Assembly: GCF_018977255.1 (NCBI RefSeq)
Contig: NW_024704743.1
Location: 114,578,001-114,642,000 of the forward strand
Reading direction: 5' to 3'
DNA: 64,000 bases
Source of the DNA: Callorhinchus milii
Lineage: Eukaryota
A model generated the notes under the pieces. That model saw only the letters and a program-made list of their open reading frames with translations. It made no database searches and was not told where the DNA came from. A program made the translations under genes and the position numbers. Positions 11,220-25,000 of the stretch are shown piece by piece (positions within the stretch are counted from its first letter, which is position 1; each line of letters starts with the position of its first letter).

Positions 11220-11580
11220 ATAATAACAACAATAATAATCCTTGCATTTGATATAGTTCCTTATCACGTCTTTGAGACGCTTATAAGCACTTCACAGAAT
11301 ATACCGCAAAGTGTAGTGACTGTGTATATTGTGCGCGAAACACGGCAGCTAATTGCGCATAGCAGTGTCCCACAAACAGTCATGGATTGAGTGACCGAAT
11401 TATTATTGTTATTATTTTTTTAATTTGGAGGTATTATTACCCCCGGAAAAGCGATTTACCAATCGACTAACAACCGGGTTCCTATTTACTGCTAGATAAA
11501 CAGTAAGGAAATAAGGAAACTTGTCCTGCCTGGGAATCAAACCTGAATCCTCTCGCTTGCTAGGCGAGCGCTCTAACCAT
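11220..11580 (-). mobile_element. tRNA-derived SINE, nearly full length
   Basis: Same body and tail as 1706-2575; the head is truncated within the A box. Confidence 0.88.
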
Positions 11581-13539
11581 TACATTACAGGAAAATTCAG
11601 TATTCGTTTTCCTTTTTTTAATTGAATCAGGTATTCTGCAGTTCTGCATTCATCAACAATCACCGATGCTTCTTTATATGTGCTAATTATCTCATCCCAT
11701 CTGTTATGAAACACCGTATTATTCCACCTCATTTTCATAAAATTATAGATTGACTTTGTTTTATTCTGGAAAACCAAAATGCGTTCACCTCATTGAAAAT
11801 CTAGTTACTGAAAAATTCTATTGTCAATAATAGGATCCTATTACCTTGCTGGTCTCAGCATGGAACAAATTAGAAGTGGGTGGACAAAGGCTGATAGCCC
11901 GAGTTTGCTGAGTGTAATGAGCTTGAGTTGATGTCGGATGTTATGCTAATTGGTAATGCTGAGCTGAGGAAAAGATTTAGATTTAGTCGTTGAATCTTTC
12001 AATTTTTTAAAAGTTCTAATGTCCCACAATTACACACTTTCTGACATTTAATTAGGATCGAAGGACATAAATTATATTTTATAATTTAGAGCTCTTCTAA
12101 ACGAGGTCTATCAAGATTGTGCAGATTAATTCAGAAGATTAATTTCCTTGTTTGGACTTGACCTCATAATCTGGTTAGCATTGTATTGTGAGAGTTGTTA
12201 TTGTTTGGATGAGAGAATAAACCAATTCTGCCTGCTGTTCAGGCATGGGCATTGCCAAACATTAAAATCAACACCATTCAATCAGAAAAGGGAGTTTGTC
12301 CTGGAGGTCTGGCCAACAATCTTTCAGATTAATTGGTTATTTACTTCATTGCTGTTTGTGGAACCGAACGACTGCTGTGTTTGTCTACAAAAGCAATCAC
12401 TGCACTTGACAGTAACTACTTTGTAAAACAAAAATGATTTACATTTATGTTCACATGAGGTAAAGTCTCAGAAGGCTGAAGGTCCTGCAAAGCACTGGGA
12501 GAATTTTTGATATGATAAAGCGTCATGTTATGCAAGGATTATTATTTTTTAAATGTTTCAGTCATTGCAGCAATGTCTGAGAGAATGGAGAGAGGTCCTT
12601 GAGGAAGGCCTGATTTGTATCACATTGGGAAAAGTCTTAAAGTGTTTGCTACTGCTGCTGGCTGGGCAATTGAGCTGGGGATGGGAGTTGAAGAGGGTGT
12701 GGAGGGGTAAGATGCCTGAAAGCATAGTAGGTCTTGAGATAGGCTTTGAAGGTGGGAAGGGAGCAAGCGATTCTGAGGGACTCTGGGATGAAGGTCCAGA
12801 GAGAGAGGGCAGGTTGGCTGAAAGCCTGCAATGGTGGGGACACGGATAGACAGGGGAAAAGCAGTATTGAGCAGATGTGTATAGCTAATGTTTGAGCTAA
12901 TATTCGAGGTAATTAAGAAGCTGTGAAACAGTTTGTTTTGGGAGGAGAGAGAAATCGTGTTATCAATTACCAGCAAATGATATCAAACTATGTGTTAATT
13001 GAATATTAATAAGGAGGTAGGACTGAGCAGGGAATCTGAGCCCAGCTAAGCAGAGAATTTGCACTGTGAAGAAAACTCAGCTGTTACCCGAAATTTTATC
13101 ACAATTACACGGTTTCTGTCCATGTTGTCACTTTGCTCAAACTGAAAGGTCCGTTCTCTGCCACGTTTAAATTCAAAACAATGGAAGTGTTTCTCGTAAG
13201 AACATCAAGGTGTTCTTCGCTTGTGTCAGACCCGCAACAATCATCCTTCAAATAGTAATGACTACGAGCTGAATTTAATCACATCGTACTCCGTCTGCTT
13301 TTACAAGGTGTTGTCCTCCATTTAATCTGGGAAGGAATCCAAACTTTTCTTTCGGTAGTAAAACAGACATTTTTTTTTCATAGTTCAGGCAACTGGATGG
13401 ACTGTTTCCCAGTCATCCCATATGAAAAAGTAGTTTCCATTTGACATCCTCCGTTCAGATCATCTCTTCAGGAGTTATGGGAGTTAGGGCCTGATAGCCG
13501 CAGTCTTGTTATTTATTTATATGTTAGAAAGTTAACACA

Positions 13540-14635
13540 AGTAATGCTGGATTCACTGCCATTCTTGTCCTCACTTTTAAATGCCTCCATGACTCTTCAC
13601 AACTCGCCCTGACCTATCTCTGTGACCTCCTGTGCCTCTACTGCCCGGGCTGTTCCCTCAACTCAAAAAGCATTGCCTTGTGTCCGCCATCTACTCCCCC
13701 CCACCCCCGCGCCCCCCCATTGGCAAGCAAGCTTCAGCCATTCTACCCCCAATCTCTGTAACTCCCTTCCAAAGTCCCTCCACCTCATCCCCTCCCTCTC
13801 CGTCTTTAAAACCTGCCTGAAGACTTGGGCCAATAGAAGAGCGCACTTGCAATTTCCCCCCAGAATCTGCTACAAACACCCTCCTCTGCTACAAACCTGT
13901 AAGCACAGTGTGCTGGGCCCCTTGCCTCTGTGTACTGTTGCTGACTGTTTACTCGACGTCGCTACTGTGGGCAGAGCGGATCCGGACGCGCATGCATGGT
14001 ATGGCGCAAGCGGGAAATGGGTCTCGCTCACCCCCAGGCCCTGCTGTTCAGATGGTCTGTGTGTGTCTGTGAGTGCGTGTCTCCCTAGGTCTGTGAGTGT
14101 CCATGTCTGTGAGTGTCTGTCTCGCTGTCTGCGAATGTGCGTCTCTCTGTCTATCTGTGAGCGTTTGTGTCTCTTTCTGTGTCTGAGTGTGTGTGTGTGT
14201 GTGTCTCTCTCTCTGACTGTGAGTGTGTGTGTGTGTGTCTTTCTCTATGTCTGTGTGTGTTTGTCTCTATCGCTCTGTGCGGTGGGGGGGGGCCTGAGAG
14301 GCAGGAGGTAGTGACCTCCTGGAGCCCCGCAGTGGCTCTGGTGTTTCTCCTCCCACCCCCGCCCTGCCTCTCAACAGCACCAATCAACTTCTCGCAATTT
14401 CCTGCAAAATATGTCAAATTTCCCAGCAATTTTCCACAGAATTTATCAAATTTCTCAGCAATTTTTGGCAAGTATTTCCGCAATTTTCTACTGGCCCTGC
14501 TTAAGACTTATTCCTTCTACTGCGCTTTCGGCCCCCCTCTCCTCAGCTCCCTCTCCAGCCTTGGGCATAAGTCAATCAGCTGTGCGATGTCCTATGAATA
14601 TGAACGGTGCAATATAAATGTAAATTGATGATTGT
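13540..14635 (+). mobile_element. Old L2 3' fragment interrupted by a hAT-like element
   Basis: L2-like ...FKTCLKT sequence stops at 13824. It resumes at 14500 and runs into an L2 tail. Confidence 0.75.
13825..14499. mobile_element. Non-autonomous hAT-like DNA transposon (675 bp) carrying an internal (TG/TC)n tract
   Basis: Imperfect TIRs ttGGGCCAATAGAA / TTCTACTGGCCCTG; 8-bp TSD CTGAAGAC (13817-13824) / CTTAAGAC (14500-14507); subterminal GCAATTT repeats. Confidence 0.8.
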
Positions 14636-14973
14636 GGCATTGTGAGTATTTTCAGAAATGAGTTGTACATCAACATTAAAACATATGTACCTCATGAAAC
14701 ATTAGAGAGTAAAATAAAACATGCGTAAATTGCATAGCGATCTTAGAGGGGTGGAGGGGTGGGGGGGCAGAATAATGAAAAACAATTCAGAAAATAGGAA
14801 GGTCTGAAGAGTACTCTGCAATGACATTGCAATGCAGCACCATCTTACAAAGGCCAATTAATCAGACACTGAAGAGAGACTCCAATTCTGCGGCTGAAGA
14901 TGTCATAGAGAAATCAGAGATAAATCAATAGCACTATGACATGTCCATTAGCTTAATTATTTATAGCAGTTAC

Positions 14974-15041
14974 CTCGGGACAGAATGTGGTGTTCGGTCT
15001 CTCACTCCAAGATTCTTGGCAGAGTTTTGCACTCTTGCTCC
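14974..15041 (-). CDS. PREX2: PREX2 penultimate coding exon (68 nt): [23 protein letters not shown]
   Basis: tattgcag|GGA...CCGAG|gtaac, phase 0/2. Confidence 0.95.
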
Positions 15042-16764
15042 CTGCAATAAAGGAAACACGTTCTTACTGGCATATAAGACTGATCCAATTGCTTTAATGC
15101 ATTTCTTGGAAGAACCTGCAGCAATATAAATATGAAATCAAATTAGCTTTACTCATTCAGGATGTATAGCAACTACATTATAGTGTTTCCTGGACCATGC
15201 TCTTTGGGGAGAAGTTGTTTTTTCTTCTAAGAGGATTATACTTTAAAATGACTTCAGTCTTGCAGCATCATTCCCTGTAATATTTCTCTTGGGTTGGAGA
15301 CTTCCAATGATCTTTAATAACTGCAACATTTCCAGGCAAAGAACAATATTTTTCAACTTGCGAAAAACAGAACCATAGCAATTTGCAGCACAGAAGAAGG
15401 CCATTTGGCCCATCATGTCTGAATTTTCTTTTTGAAGTGCCTCAAGATGATAGAATCAAACTTATATTTAAGTAGCGCCTCTCACGCGTTTCACGCTACT
15501 GGCTGGGCACCCAAGCTGGGGGCAGAGGGTGGGGAGCCGAAGAAAGTGGGGAGGGAAAGATGATCAAAAGTGTAGGCAAAGAGATATGTCTTTAACTATG
15601 CTAGTTAAAGAGTTCATGTATTTTACACTGAAAGCTTTCAGAATATTGTTCACCGTGATTCTTCCAACTGGCTTTTGATTGAGTTGTTCTATTCAAACGC
15701 TAAGCTGATTTACTGATATGAAATGGTGCTAGAATTCAATAAACATGGTTCATTTATTTTATACATTGCAAGAATGTCAGAGGATTTTTTTCACTCGATT
15801 TTGTACTTTGACGATGCTATTTAAAGCAAATGCACCACATATATAATTGCAGGGTAGCTCTTATTGAAATATTCATGGTTTCAATTATCTTTGCACCAAA
15901 GTTTCCACATTTTTCATTACTTAGACGCTAAAAGTTAATTTGAGCTACAAAATGAATATATATTCATTACACAGGCTGCTTTCCTCTTGTCCTTCAGTCT
16001 CAGTGATAAAACCGGCAATTTACGGCTACATAACTTGTACCTGGCATCACTCTCTGTTTTGCTACCGGTTTAATGTTTCAAATAATGAAAGGGGGTTCTG
16101 AATTAAATGGGATGTCTTAGAGAGCCAAAAGACATTTTCTTGGAGAATTATGTACAAAGGACTTGGAGAAATGACATCAATGTGTAAAAAGGCTTAATTA
16201 ATACCGGGAGACAAAATATCCCTGTAATAGCTGTAAATAGATCATTATGTCATCAATAACTTTCAATTACATTGAAATGCTGACTGTGGCATTCTCCTCT
16301 TCAATTATTACATTCTCACTTCTGCAATGTAATCAAATATGTTGTGCCAATGCCAGGGATCCTTAAACCTTTCTCTTTCATAGACATATTTGGTCCCACG
16401 GTGGATTCACCAACGAGGAGGATTAGAGAAGAATAAAATAGTAGCAAGGAACAATTACTATTGTGGAAAGATGAGGCTGCCTGATAAACATGGGAGTGAA
16501 ACCTTAGACATGTGATGTCACAATATTGAAAATGCGTTGGAACCAGTTGATAATAATAATCCTTGCATTTTGATATTGCACCTTATCACATCTTCGAGAC
16601 GTCTCAAAGCGCTTCACAGAATATACTGTAAAGTGAATTGACTATATTTTGTGGGAGAAACGTGGCAGCCAGCAGTGTTCCACAAACAGTCCTGGATTGA
16701 TTGACCAAATTATTATTATTTATTTTGAAGGGACTATTATCCCTTTACTCTATATATTTATATA

Positions 16765-16865
16765 CAGTGGAAGCTGGTTAAGCTGGATACATCGGGGCCT
16801 GTCGTTTTGTCCAATTTACCTGGTGTCCGAAATTAACCGGCATCCAGTTAAAGCAGCTTCCACCA
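16765..16865. mobile_element. 101-bp Tc1/mariner (Tigger/pogo-like) MITE
   Basis: TA|CAGTGGAAGCTGGTTAAGCTGGATAC ... GCATCCAGTTAAAGCAGCTTCCACCA|TA: imperfect TIRs of about 26 bp and a TA duplication. Confidence 0.85.
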
Positions 16866-19746
16866 TATTGCCAATTTACAGTTAAATTTTTTTTTAATTA
16901 TCAGCTTTCAGCATTTATATAGATGAAGTTCTTTGAGACATCCTTGCGTGAAAGCTGTGAATTGCACATCCACCACAAAAGGTGCCTTGAGCAATATAAA
17001 GTCAGTTTGCTTCAGGCAATGTGAAAGTCACTATATCAATATAAAGTCGAAATTATAAATAGACAGATAATACATAGTTCCCATTTCTTGTTTCGCAAAA
17101 ATACTGCCTTCGTAATCTAAGACAAGAAGGATTGAACACAATCATTTCGACCTAAAATTAGACTTAAATTAAATCTCTTAAACATGTGGAAGAGAACAGT
17201 GTGCCTGGGGAAAAGCTGTGCTCAGTAAATCCAATAATCCTTTAATTTGCCAGTACGTCTCCCAGCCTTAAATGCCCAACTCCACTGTCCTTTTCAGTGT
17301 TCCTGTACAATAGTTTTAATGCAAAAGTTGAGATTTTAGATTTCACTACAAGACTCAATTTACAGCATCAGTTGAAATATGTGGTTGAAGCCGTATTCTT
17401 GCAAATCAAAGTGACACGTACTGAGTTGCCTGAAGCAGACAGACTTTATATAGCCCGAAGCATCTTTTCTGGTAGGAGATGCATTTCACACAGTGTTTTC
17501 CCTACAGATTTATTTTCAACCCCCCAATGCCTGTCTTATCTATACAAACACACATCCAAATTCATCTGAAAATTCAGAAATGCATCATGCCATTGAAGTA
17601 CAGAAAATTAGTGTTTGAAACACTGCACAATCTAAAAATAACAGTTTACATTTATATACAACGACAACTTGCATTTATATGGCCCCCATCATGCGGGGTA
17701 GTATCCCGGAGCGCTTCCTAAGAAAGCTCAGTTGGTTGAGCACTTGAGACCAGTAAGTTCTGGGTTTGAATGTTTATGTATTCACTCAGCTTTTTGCCCA
17801 TTTGAACTGGATCCCATTCTGCCCAGTAAGACTGTGTTGGTTGGGACATTCGGTACAGATTTGTATCAGTCCCAGTGAGATCCACATCTAAATCATAACA
17901 GATACCACTCAAACTACCTGGATACCAATAAGTTGTCAAATACAAAGAGCTCAGCTGTCACCATATCATGTGGGTAACATTTCAGTAGATGGGGTATTTC
18001 CATTGATAAAACATCACATGGAATAGGGACAGTTTGGACAGTTCAGCTGAGGGTATGGTTTCCATCAAGCCAAACTTCATTGGATACACACTGTAACATT
18101 GGATACACACTGTAACATGAAGGGAAGGATGTACAAAGTGTAAAACTGTACAAAGAAACCTGAAGTGAAGCAAAGCATATGGTCATGGTCTGTATCCTGC
18201 CTGTTGGACTAGCACAATAGCTATGCACCATCTGACCATCTACTCAAAGGCCAAGAATCAACTCAAGGCATCTGATTTCACTACTGCTGCTCTTACCAGA
18301 AGTAATCAAAGCAGTCAGTCACATAGATGCTGCAAAGAAAAACAAGCAGAATTGCGAACATTATTGCAACAGGGGATAGTGCATATACATTATGAGAACA
18401 TGGGAGATGTAATGATATTATTCATCCATAAGATGGGAGTGTTTTCATCTGGCATTCTAATCTGAACAGGTTGTTCAACAGTTTTTATGGAGAATGAACA
18501 TGCGAGGAAAAGTGACCCATTACTGTCTATTAGGCCTTGAACAGAAGGACTTTTCTGCCGATCTTCCAAACTATACAGAAATGTAGCAGTTTCCACATAA
18601 AGCAGAGTGGTTTCCCAAATGTCAGGAATCTAACACACACGGAGAACAACTCTGGATTCACACCTTAAGAAGCAAGAGGTTAACTTCTTGATCCAATAAC
18701 ACACAATCCATCCCTGAAAATTAGATGTTCTGATCAGAAACGTGTGAGTTGTAGCTTAGAAAACAAGAAAGGCATGTTTCATGGATGTGGAAAATTTTCT
18801 TCATGATTCATAGGGTAGGTAAGCTCATCAGGGAGGCAAACTTCAGCCTGGTCCCCACCCTTCTAAGGACAAGTCAGATGAATGACATGTTCCTATTTAA
18901 AGATTCTGGAAGTAGGAGAAAAACAGTATCCAAGATGCACAAGAGAGATCATCATCAAAATCAACGGGACTCAAACTTGGAAGCAGTAATCAGGCATTCA
19001 ATAATTCTACAGAGTTTATGGACTACCCAGGGAGGTAGCAGAAGGACTCTGTGTCAGTGAATTCAAGGTGGAACGGGATAGTTATTCTGCAAAGAATTTC
19101 ATTTTGCGGTGTTGGAGATGGTAGAGTGCAGGATTATTTACAATTATTATGTTATGACCAGTCTGTGGAACACAATGGTCTCAGTGCCCCAAGACATTGC
19201 CCTATGTGAAGGGCAAGTTGTTGTTATTATCCAGTTGTTTCATTCCTCCATACTGAAAACTTTGCCTTTAAAATGCAAGTGGAGAGCCACTGGAAGTTAC
19301 AGTTCTAATGGAACCTGATAAAGCAGTGATGGAACCTTAATCCATCAAGATGTGGACTGAAATGGGAATTTCCAGCAGTGAATCCAGCAAATGCCCTTGA
19401 TTCTACACATGTACAAGAAAATTAGATAAAATACTTGAAGAATGAAGAAAATATCACAGCCAATGCATGTCTGGTTTATTCTCAGCTGAGTGAGCTGCAA
19501 GGTGGATCAGCTGCTGTCCCTGGCATCATGAAATAACACCCCAAGCAACTTTGGGAGGAATCTAGCTGCAGTTTTCACAACTAAAAGGTACATCAAGCTT
19601 TTCAGCAAAGAACAATTGTGCTCGCGATGCTTCCATTTGTACCCGAGTCTTATTCTAGTGATACACACAGGATTTATTATATGACGAAAAGGAACAAGTC
19701 GAAGTATTTTAAAAAAGGAAATCAGAACATTTGGTAACTTTCGTAC

Positions 19747-19849
19747 CTGTTTCCTCATGACATCCGTGGCTTGCATGATGTAGCGTGGTGGTAACGCATG
19801 ACTTCTTGAAAGAATAATAGCTTGTTCCAGAGTGACACTCAGTGTGCAG
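19747..19849 (-). CDS. PREX2: PREX2 coding exon (103 nt): [34 protein letters not shown]
   Basis: catctag|CTGC...AAACAG|gtacg, phase 2/0. Near-identical to recalled PREX2. Confidence 0.96.
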
Positions 19850-20550
19850 CTAGATGGAAAGGAAAACATCAAATTAAAAGCTGTTACTTTGCTATTAATA
19901 GGTTTACAGTTCTCAGACACCTGAAGATAATACTGTTATTATTAATAATAATTCTTGCACTTGAGAAGAAGGATGTCTCAATGCTCTTCGCAGGATTTAT
20001 TATGAAGTGTAGTGACCATGCATTGTAGGCAGCTGGTTTGCACACAGCAATGTCCCACAAACTGCCATGAAAGTTTGCCTAGACTGGCAAAGGTAAGTCT
20101 TCACAATTTTTTTTATTGAGTTTGAAATATTCTGCTTAATAAATCTAGAATTGGGTTTCATTCATTTTGAAATGTACATTCTATCCATTTGCTTTCCCTC
20201 CTTCCCTTCCTTATCTACTCAAGTCATGGATGGAAGCTGATCAGCAGGTTTCCATCTTCACCGAGAAATGTGTCAATGGCTCTGTGAGATCTCTTTATTA
20301 AGTTCAACAGTTGCACCATTACTAGGGAGCAACGTTGTTGAAATGTCAGATTCTAGATGTCATCATGTTTTAGGCAAGCTGTATAATTAAACGGGATCGG
20401 CAATAATCCATCTGGTGGGTTTCAATGCGCATCACATCAGTGCAGTCCATCCCATTTTATTGGGCCACCAAGACTTAGCTTGATGGGTAAAAGTTATAAT
20501 CTACAAAATTAATTAAATAAAAATATATACAGGAGTAAATAAGAACCATG

Positions 20551-20929
20551 TGGAGTCAAGTAGCTCAGTGGTTAGAGCGCTCGTCTCACAAGTAAGAGGA
20601 CCTGGTTTTGATTCCCGGCAGGGTGAAACATTGGGCAAGTTTCCTTACTCCAAGCGCCTTTGTTTACCTAGCAGTAAGTAGGAACCCAGTTGTTAGTCAA
20701 TTGGTGGATCGCTTTTCCGGGGGTAATAAACCTTTTTAAAAAAAAATTCTAATAATAATTTGGTCACTTAATACACGACTGTTTGTGGGACACTGCTGTG
20801 CGCAATTGGCTGCCGTGTTTTGCCCACAAAACAGTGAAATCACTTTACAGTATATTCTGTGAAGCGCTTTGAGACATCTAGAAGACATAATAAGGCTCTA
20901 CATGAAATGCAAGGATTATTATTATATTA
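20551..20929 (+). mobile_element. Full-length tRNA-derived SINE
   Basis: A box TAGCTCAGTGG, degenerate B box, conserved body, AAATGCAAGG(ATT)n tail. Confidence 0.92.
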
Positions 20930-21639
20930 TGATACAGATGCACAAATGAAGAATTTTTGGTATAGCTGAGGCCAAAATATGAATATGATTTCTCTGGAGT
21001 CCTTCAAAGTTAAATTAAATTAGTCTGACTGAGATTTGAATGGTTGAATGAATGACAATAAGCTCACATTTTTCTGATCGATAGCCAAAAATAACTTCCA
21101 CAGTAACAGCATTTCTTAAGGTCAAAGGATTTCAATGCCAAAATTCTCAGAATTTAAATTCAGTAATGTAGGAAGTGGCTTCAGTTGGGTTGCCTCACCC
21201 AAATTCACCTTATTTCGGGAGAACAAAATCATTTTTATTTTGCATTCTTTTAACTCTGTTTGAAGCAAACCAATTGTGGCAGCTCACTGTCGTTCTCTGG
21301 TTTCACCTCTTACAGAAGCCAACCTTTCCTATCTTATCAGTCCTATTTCATTGCATCAGTCATATAAGTTTTCCTCAGCAATCTCAAAGTGTCTTATTTC
21401 CTACAAGGTGCCATGATCCATGTTATTTGATCACATCTCGTCAATCACTGTCCAAGAAGACTCTGTATTTCATTTTGGTGTCAGACCTTCTGATTCTGTA
21501 TTTTGTCCACTAATTTGATTTGTTTAATTATAGAATTAAGTCAATTCTCCACTCCTTAGAACAAATGCATTTCCAAACAATTGGCAATGTATGGTGCACA
21601 GTCACTCCTAAGGTCTTCCTCAGTACAGACATTGTTGCA

Positions 21640-22020
21640 GAATCGACTGATTTCACGTTCCTCACTCTCACTTTCAAATCTCTTCACATCTTGGCACCTC
21701 CGTATTTCTCTGATCTGCTTACACCTACTTCTCTACCCATCGCTCCACTGGCTTAACATTTCTGCACGTCTCTCGTCCCTGCGTTCTAAAATTGGTAGCT
21801 GTGCTTTCTGCCATAATGCCCTGAATCTCTGGAATTCTTTGCCTCAATCCCTTCATCTTGCCTCTTTGTTCATGTTCAAATCAAATCTGAAGACTTTCCT
21901 TCTCGACCGTGACTTCAATCAGTTCCCCTCACTTTCCGGCTCAGCATCAAGTCACGCTGGTGTTAAGTGTTCCAAGACGTTACCCGCATGAATGGTGCTA
22001 CATAAATGCAAGTTATTGTT
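21640..22020 (+). mobile_element. Old L2 3' fragment
   Basis: LTFKSLHILAPPYFSDLL and LNLWNSLPQSL..FKSNLKTFL remnants plus tail. Confidence 0.8.
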
Positions 22021-25000
22021 TTTGCATCAATACTTCAATTATCTTGATCTTTTGGTTGTAAGGTCAGAGATGATAGTCTCATTCTCAGTGAAAGAAACAT
22101 AGTCCAAGATTGGGTATAGTTACTTCCCAGGTTTCCAATATGCTAACAATATTTATTTTGCATGTGTTCAATACTTCAGTTTTTAAAACTATATATTATC
22201 TATATATATTTAAGTCTAAGCATCCTCATTTTCGATATGATTCTGCGTCTTTGGTCTAGGTTTGATCTACACTTTCTTGCCTCTTATCCCAACCTCCAAA
22301 GAATTTGGTTAACTGCTTTGATCCACTAGGATGTATGTTGGTACTCTGTTTGCTTGCTAAACTCATCGCATTCAGTTTGGTTACTTACAATTAACAGTGT
22401 AAATCCATGAGCTTTAGAGTGTTCGTATTTCGCAAGAAAAGGTATAACAGGCAAACAGTTGGGACATTTTTTTAAAACAACTTTAGCCTTGACAGATCTC
22501 CAATAAATTATCTGGAGGTCTGACACATACACAAGGCTCTTGTTATGAAGCACCACTTCCTCTGATTACCAGTTTTCTATCGTAGCAAGACAGTAGCTAT
22601 TCACAGTATTGAACAGCATCCCTTATCCAACTTAGAGGCTCTTTGTTGCTATGTAGACATTGAAATGATCTCTTCACATTATATTTAGAATTTGACCAAG
22701 CTGATTACAATAGATAACAGAAAGGATGCATTAGGAAACAGAAACCAGAGATTTATCTATTTAGTTTGGATAAAGTGCTTCCTAACAATAATTCTTGCAT
22801 TTGGCGTAGTGCCTTTCACGTTAGGAGGATACCTCAAAAAACTTCACAAGATTTAAGGTGAATTGTAGTCACTATTTTGTAGGCAAACGCGGCAGCCAAT
22901 TTACGCACAAGTAGCCATAAATTGAATTACTTATTTTATCCGGGGGATTGTTGGCCAGGACAATGGGAGAAACTCCCTTTAAGCACTCCGAGACGCCATC
23001 CGGCGTGAAGGGTGCTATATAAATGCAAGTTGTTGTTGTTGTTCTCTTTTTGAATATTGCCATCCAACTAAAAATCCTCCTGAATAGACAGACTGGGTCT
23101 TGGTTTATAATATAATAACAATAATCCTTGCATTTGATATAGCGCTTTTCACGTCTTCTAGAAGTCTCAAAGCGCTTCACAGAATATACTGTAAAGTGAA
23201 TTGACTGTATATTTGTGGACGAAATGCGCAGCCAATTGCTGGGCCAATATACACCCAGCACTGCATGGGACTGTCAGCCCAGACCGTGAGTTCAAAGTCC
23301 ATCGTGGGATTTTAATCCACAGCCTTCGGTCTCTGAGGGACGAAGGACATGTGGTGCAGGTTGCTTCCAACTAAGCCAGACTGACATACACACACAGGAA
23401 CACAAGACACTTGGAGGGATTTCTCATGATAAACACACATCATCAATGTACTCTAAGCTTATCAGCACATAGAACATTACCCCTTTGTCTTCTGGTTAAG
23501 AGTGTCTATTTAAATGAAGAGCCACTACCAAATCCCTGAGATTTAATGCTTCGACAATTTGAATAACCTCATCAACCACGCAACATTGGCCAAATAATTG
23601 TTCTAATTAATTTGTCTCATAAGCTTCAGAGTCCATTTCATTCTTCAATCACTTACCAGAATAGATATTCTACTAGACTATATGTCACATATTGGTCACA
23701 TATTAAAGCCAAGACAAAGAAAGCTATTTAATAATTGATCTTATACACCACTGCATTCTAACAGCAACAGAGTGTTCATTTATGCTAAGTTCACTCTGCA
23801 TGTTTGGAAGCGAATCACTGTGATTTTGGCAGTCACTAAACTGCCCACAACTGCTCAAAAGACTCTTCTGAAATGTCATTAAGGATTTTATAATTAGTAA
23901 TACTTGCACCTGATATATCACCTTTCAAATCAGGAGGATATCTGAAAGTGTTTCACAGGATTTACTGTAAAGGGTAGTGACTATTTTGTAGGTGAACTTG
24001 ACAGCCAATTTGTACACAAAAAGTCCTACAAACAGTTATGAAGCGAATGACCACTTGTAGCTGGGGATTTTTGGCCAGGACACTAAGAGAATCTCCATTC
24101 TTTTAGTGCCGTGCAATTGGCTCTTTGTAATGTTAAGTTAACAACTCTCCAGTTCCATTTTTCTATACATGTCCTATTTGCGCGTGTAGAGAATTAGCTT
24201 AACTAGTATAAATCAGCTGTGCTGTTCCACATGACTGCTGCTCGGAGCGATAGCTCTTTGGTTTGAGCGAAGTAAATACAGCTTAAAACACTTGTGAAAT
24301 TAATTGTAAAACATTTTCGTATAATTCTTGTTTCCCACACTTAGTTCAATCGTTCAGGGTTTTGTTTCATTTTTGTAGTTGTTGACCTCAATTCCAATTA
24401 ACTTCACATGTTAACAGAAACCCACTCCTGATATGGCCAGCAAAGCTGGACGGGCCACATGCTTCTCAATTCCATCAGAGCCAAGTCCTTCCCTCATAAA
24501 GTCCTTATAATGCTTAATCCACATGCATAGTCATTAACTCTCAAATAATTATTATATCCATCCTTCGGATGAGATATTAAACTGAGGTCTCATCTAAATG
24601 TGTACGTTAAAATTCCATGGGACTATTCTGATAAAATTGATCATTCATTTCATGGCTGTTTATGGGACTTTAATAATAATAATAATAAATAATTCCTGCA
24701 TTTTATATAGCGCTTTTCACGACTTCGAGAAGTCTCAAAGCGCTTCACAGAATATACTGTAAAGTGAACTGATTGTGTATTTTGTGAGATAAAAACGCAG
24801 CAGCCAATTGCACACAGTCGTGTACAAATTGTATATAAATTGATATATACAAATTGGCTGCCACATCACAAACAAATACACAATTACTACACTTCGCAGT
24901 AAATCTTGTCAAGTTCTTTGAGACATCCTTACGCCTTGATAAACCCTGTATCAAATGCAAGGATTATTATTATGTTATTATATTCTAGGTGAATACTGAA

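Noticed and set aside
13622..14628. 229-aa and 153-aa ORFs
   Set aside because: They read through L2 debris, a MITE and a TG/TC microsatellite; the Cys/Val richness comes from the repeat.
17720..19560. Repeat-poor block that might be a decayed LINE or a hidden gene
   Set aside because: I could not recognise any motif, long ORF or splice-consistent exon. Only a 19-bp tandem duplication (18078-18118) is certain. It needs a TBLASTX or Dfam search.
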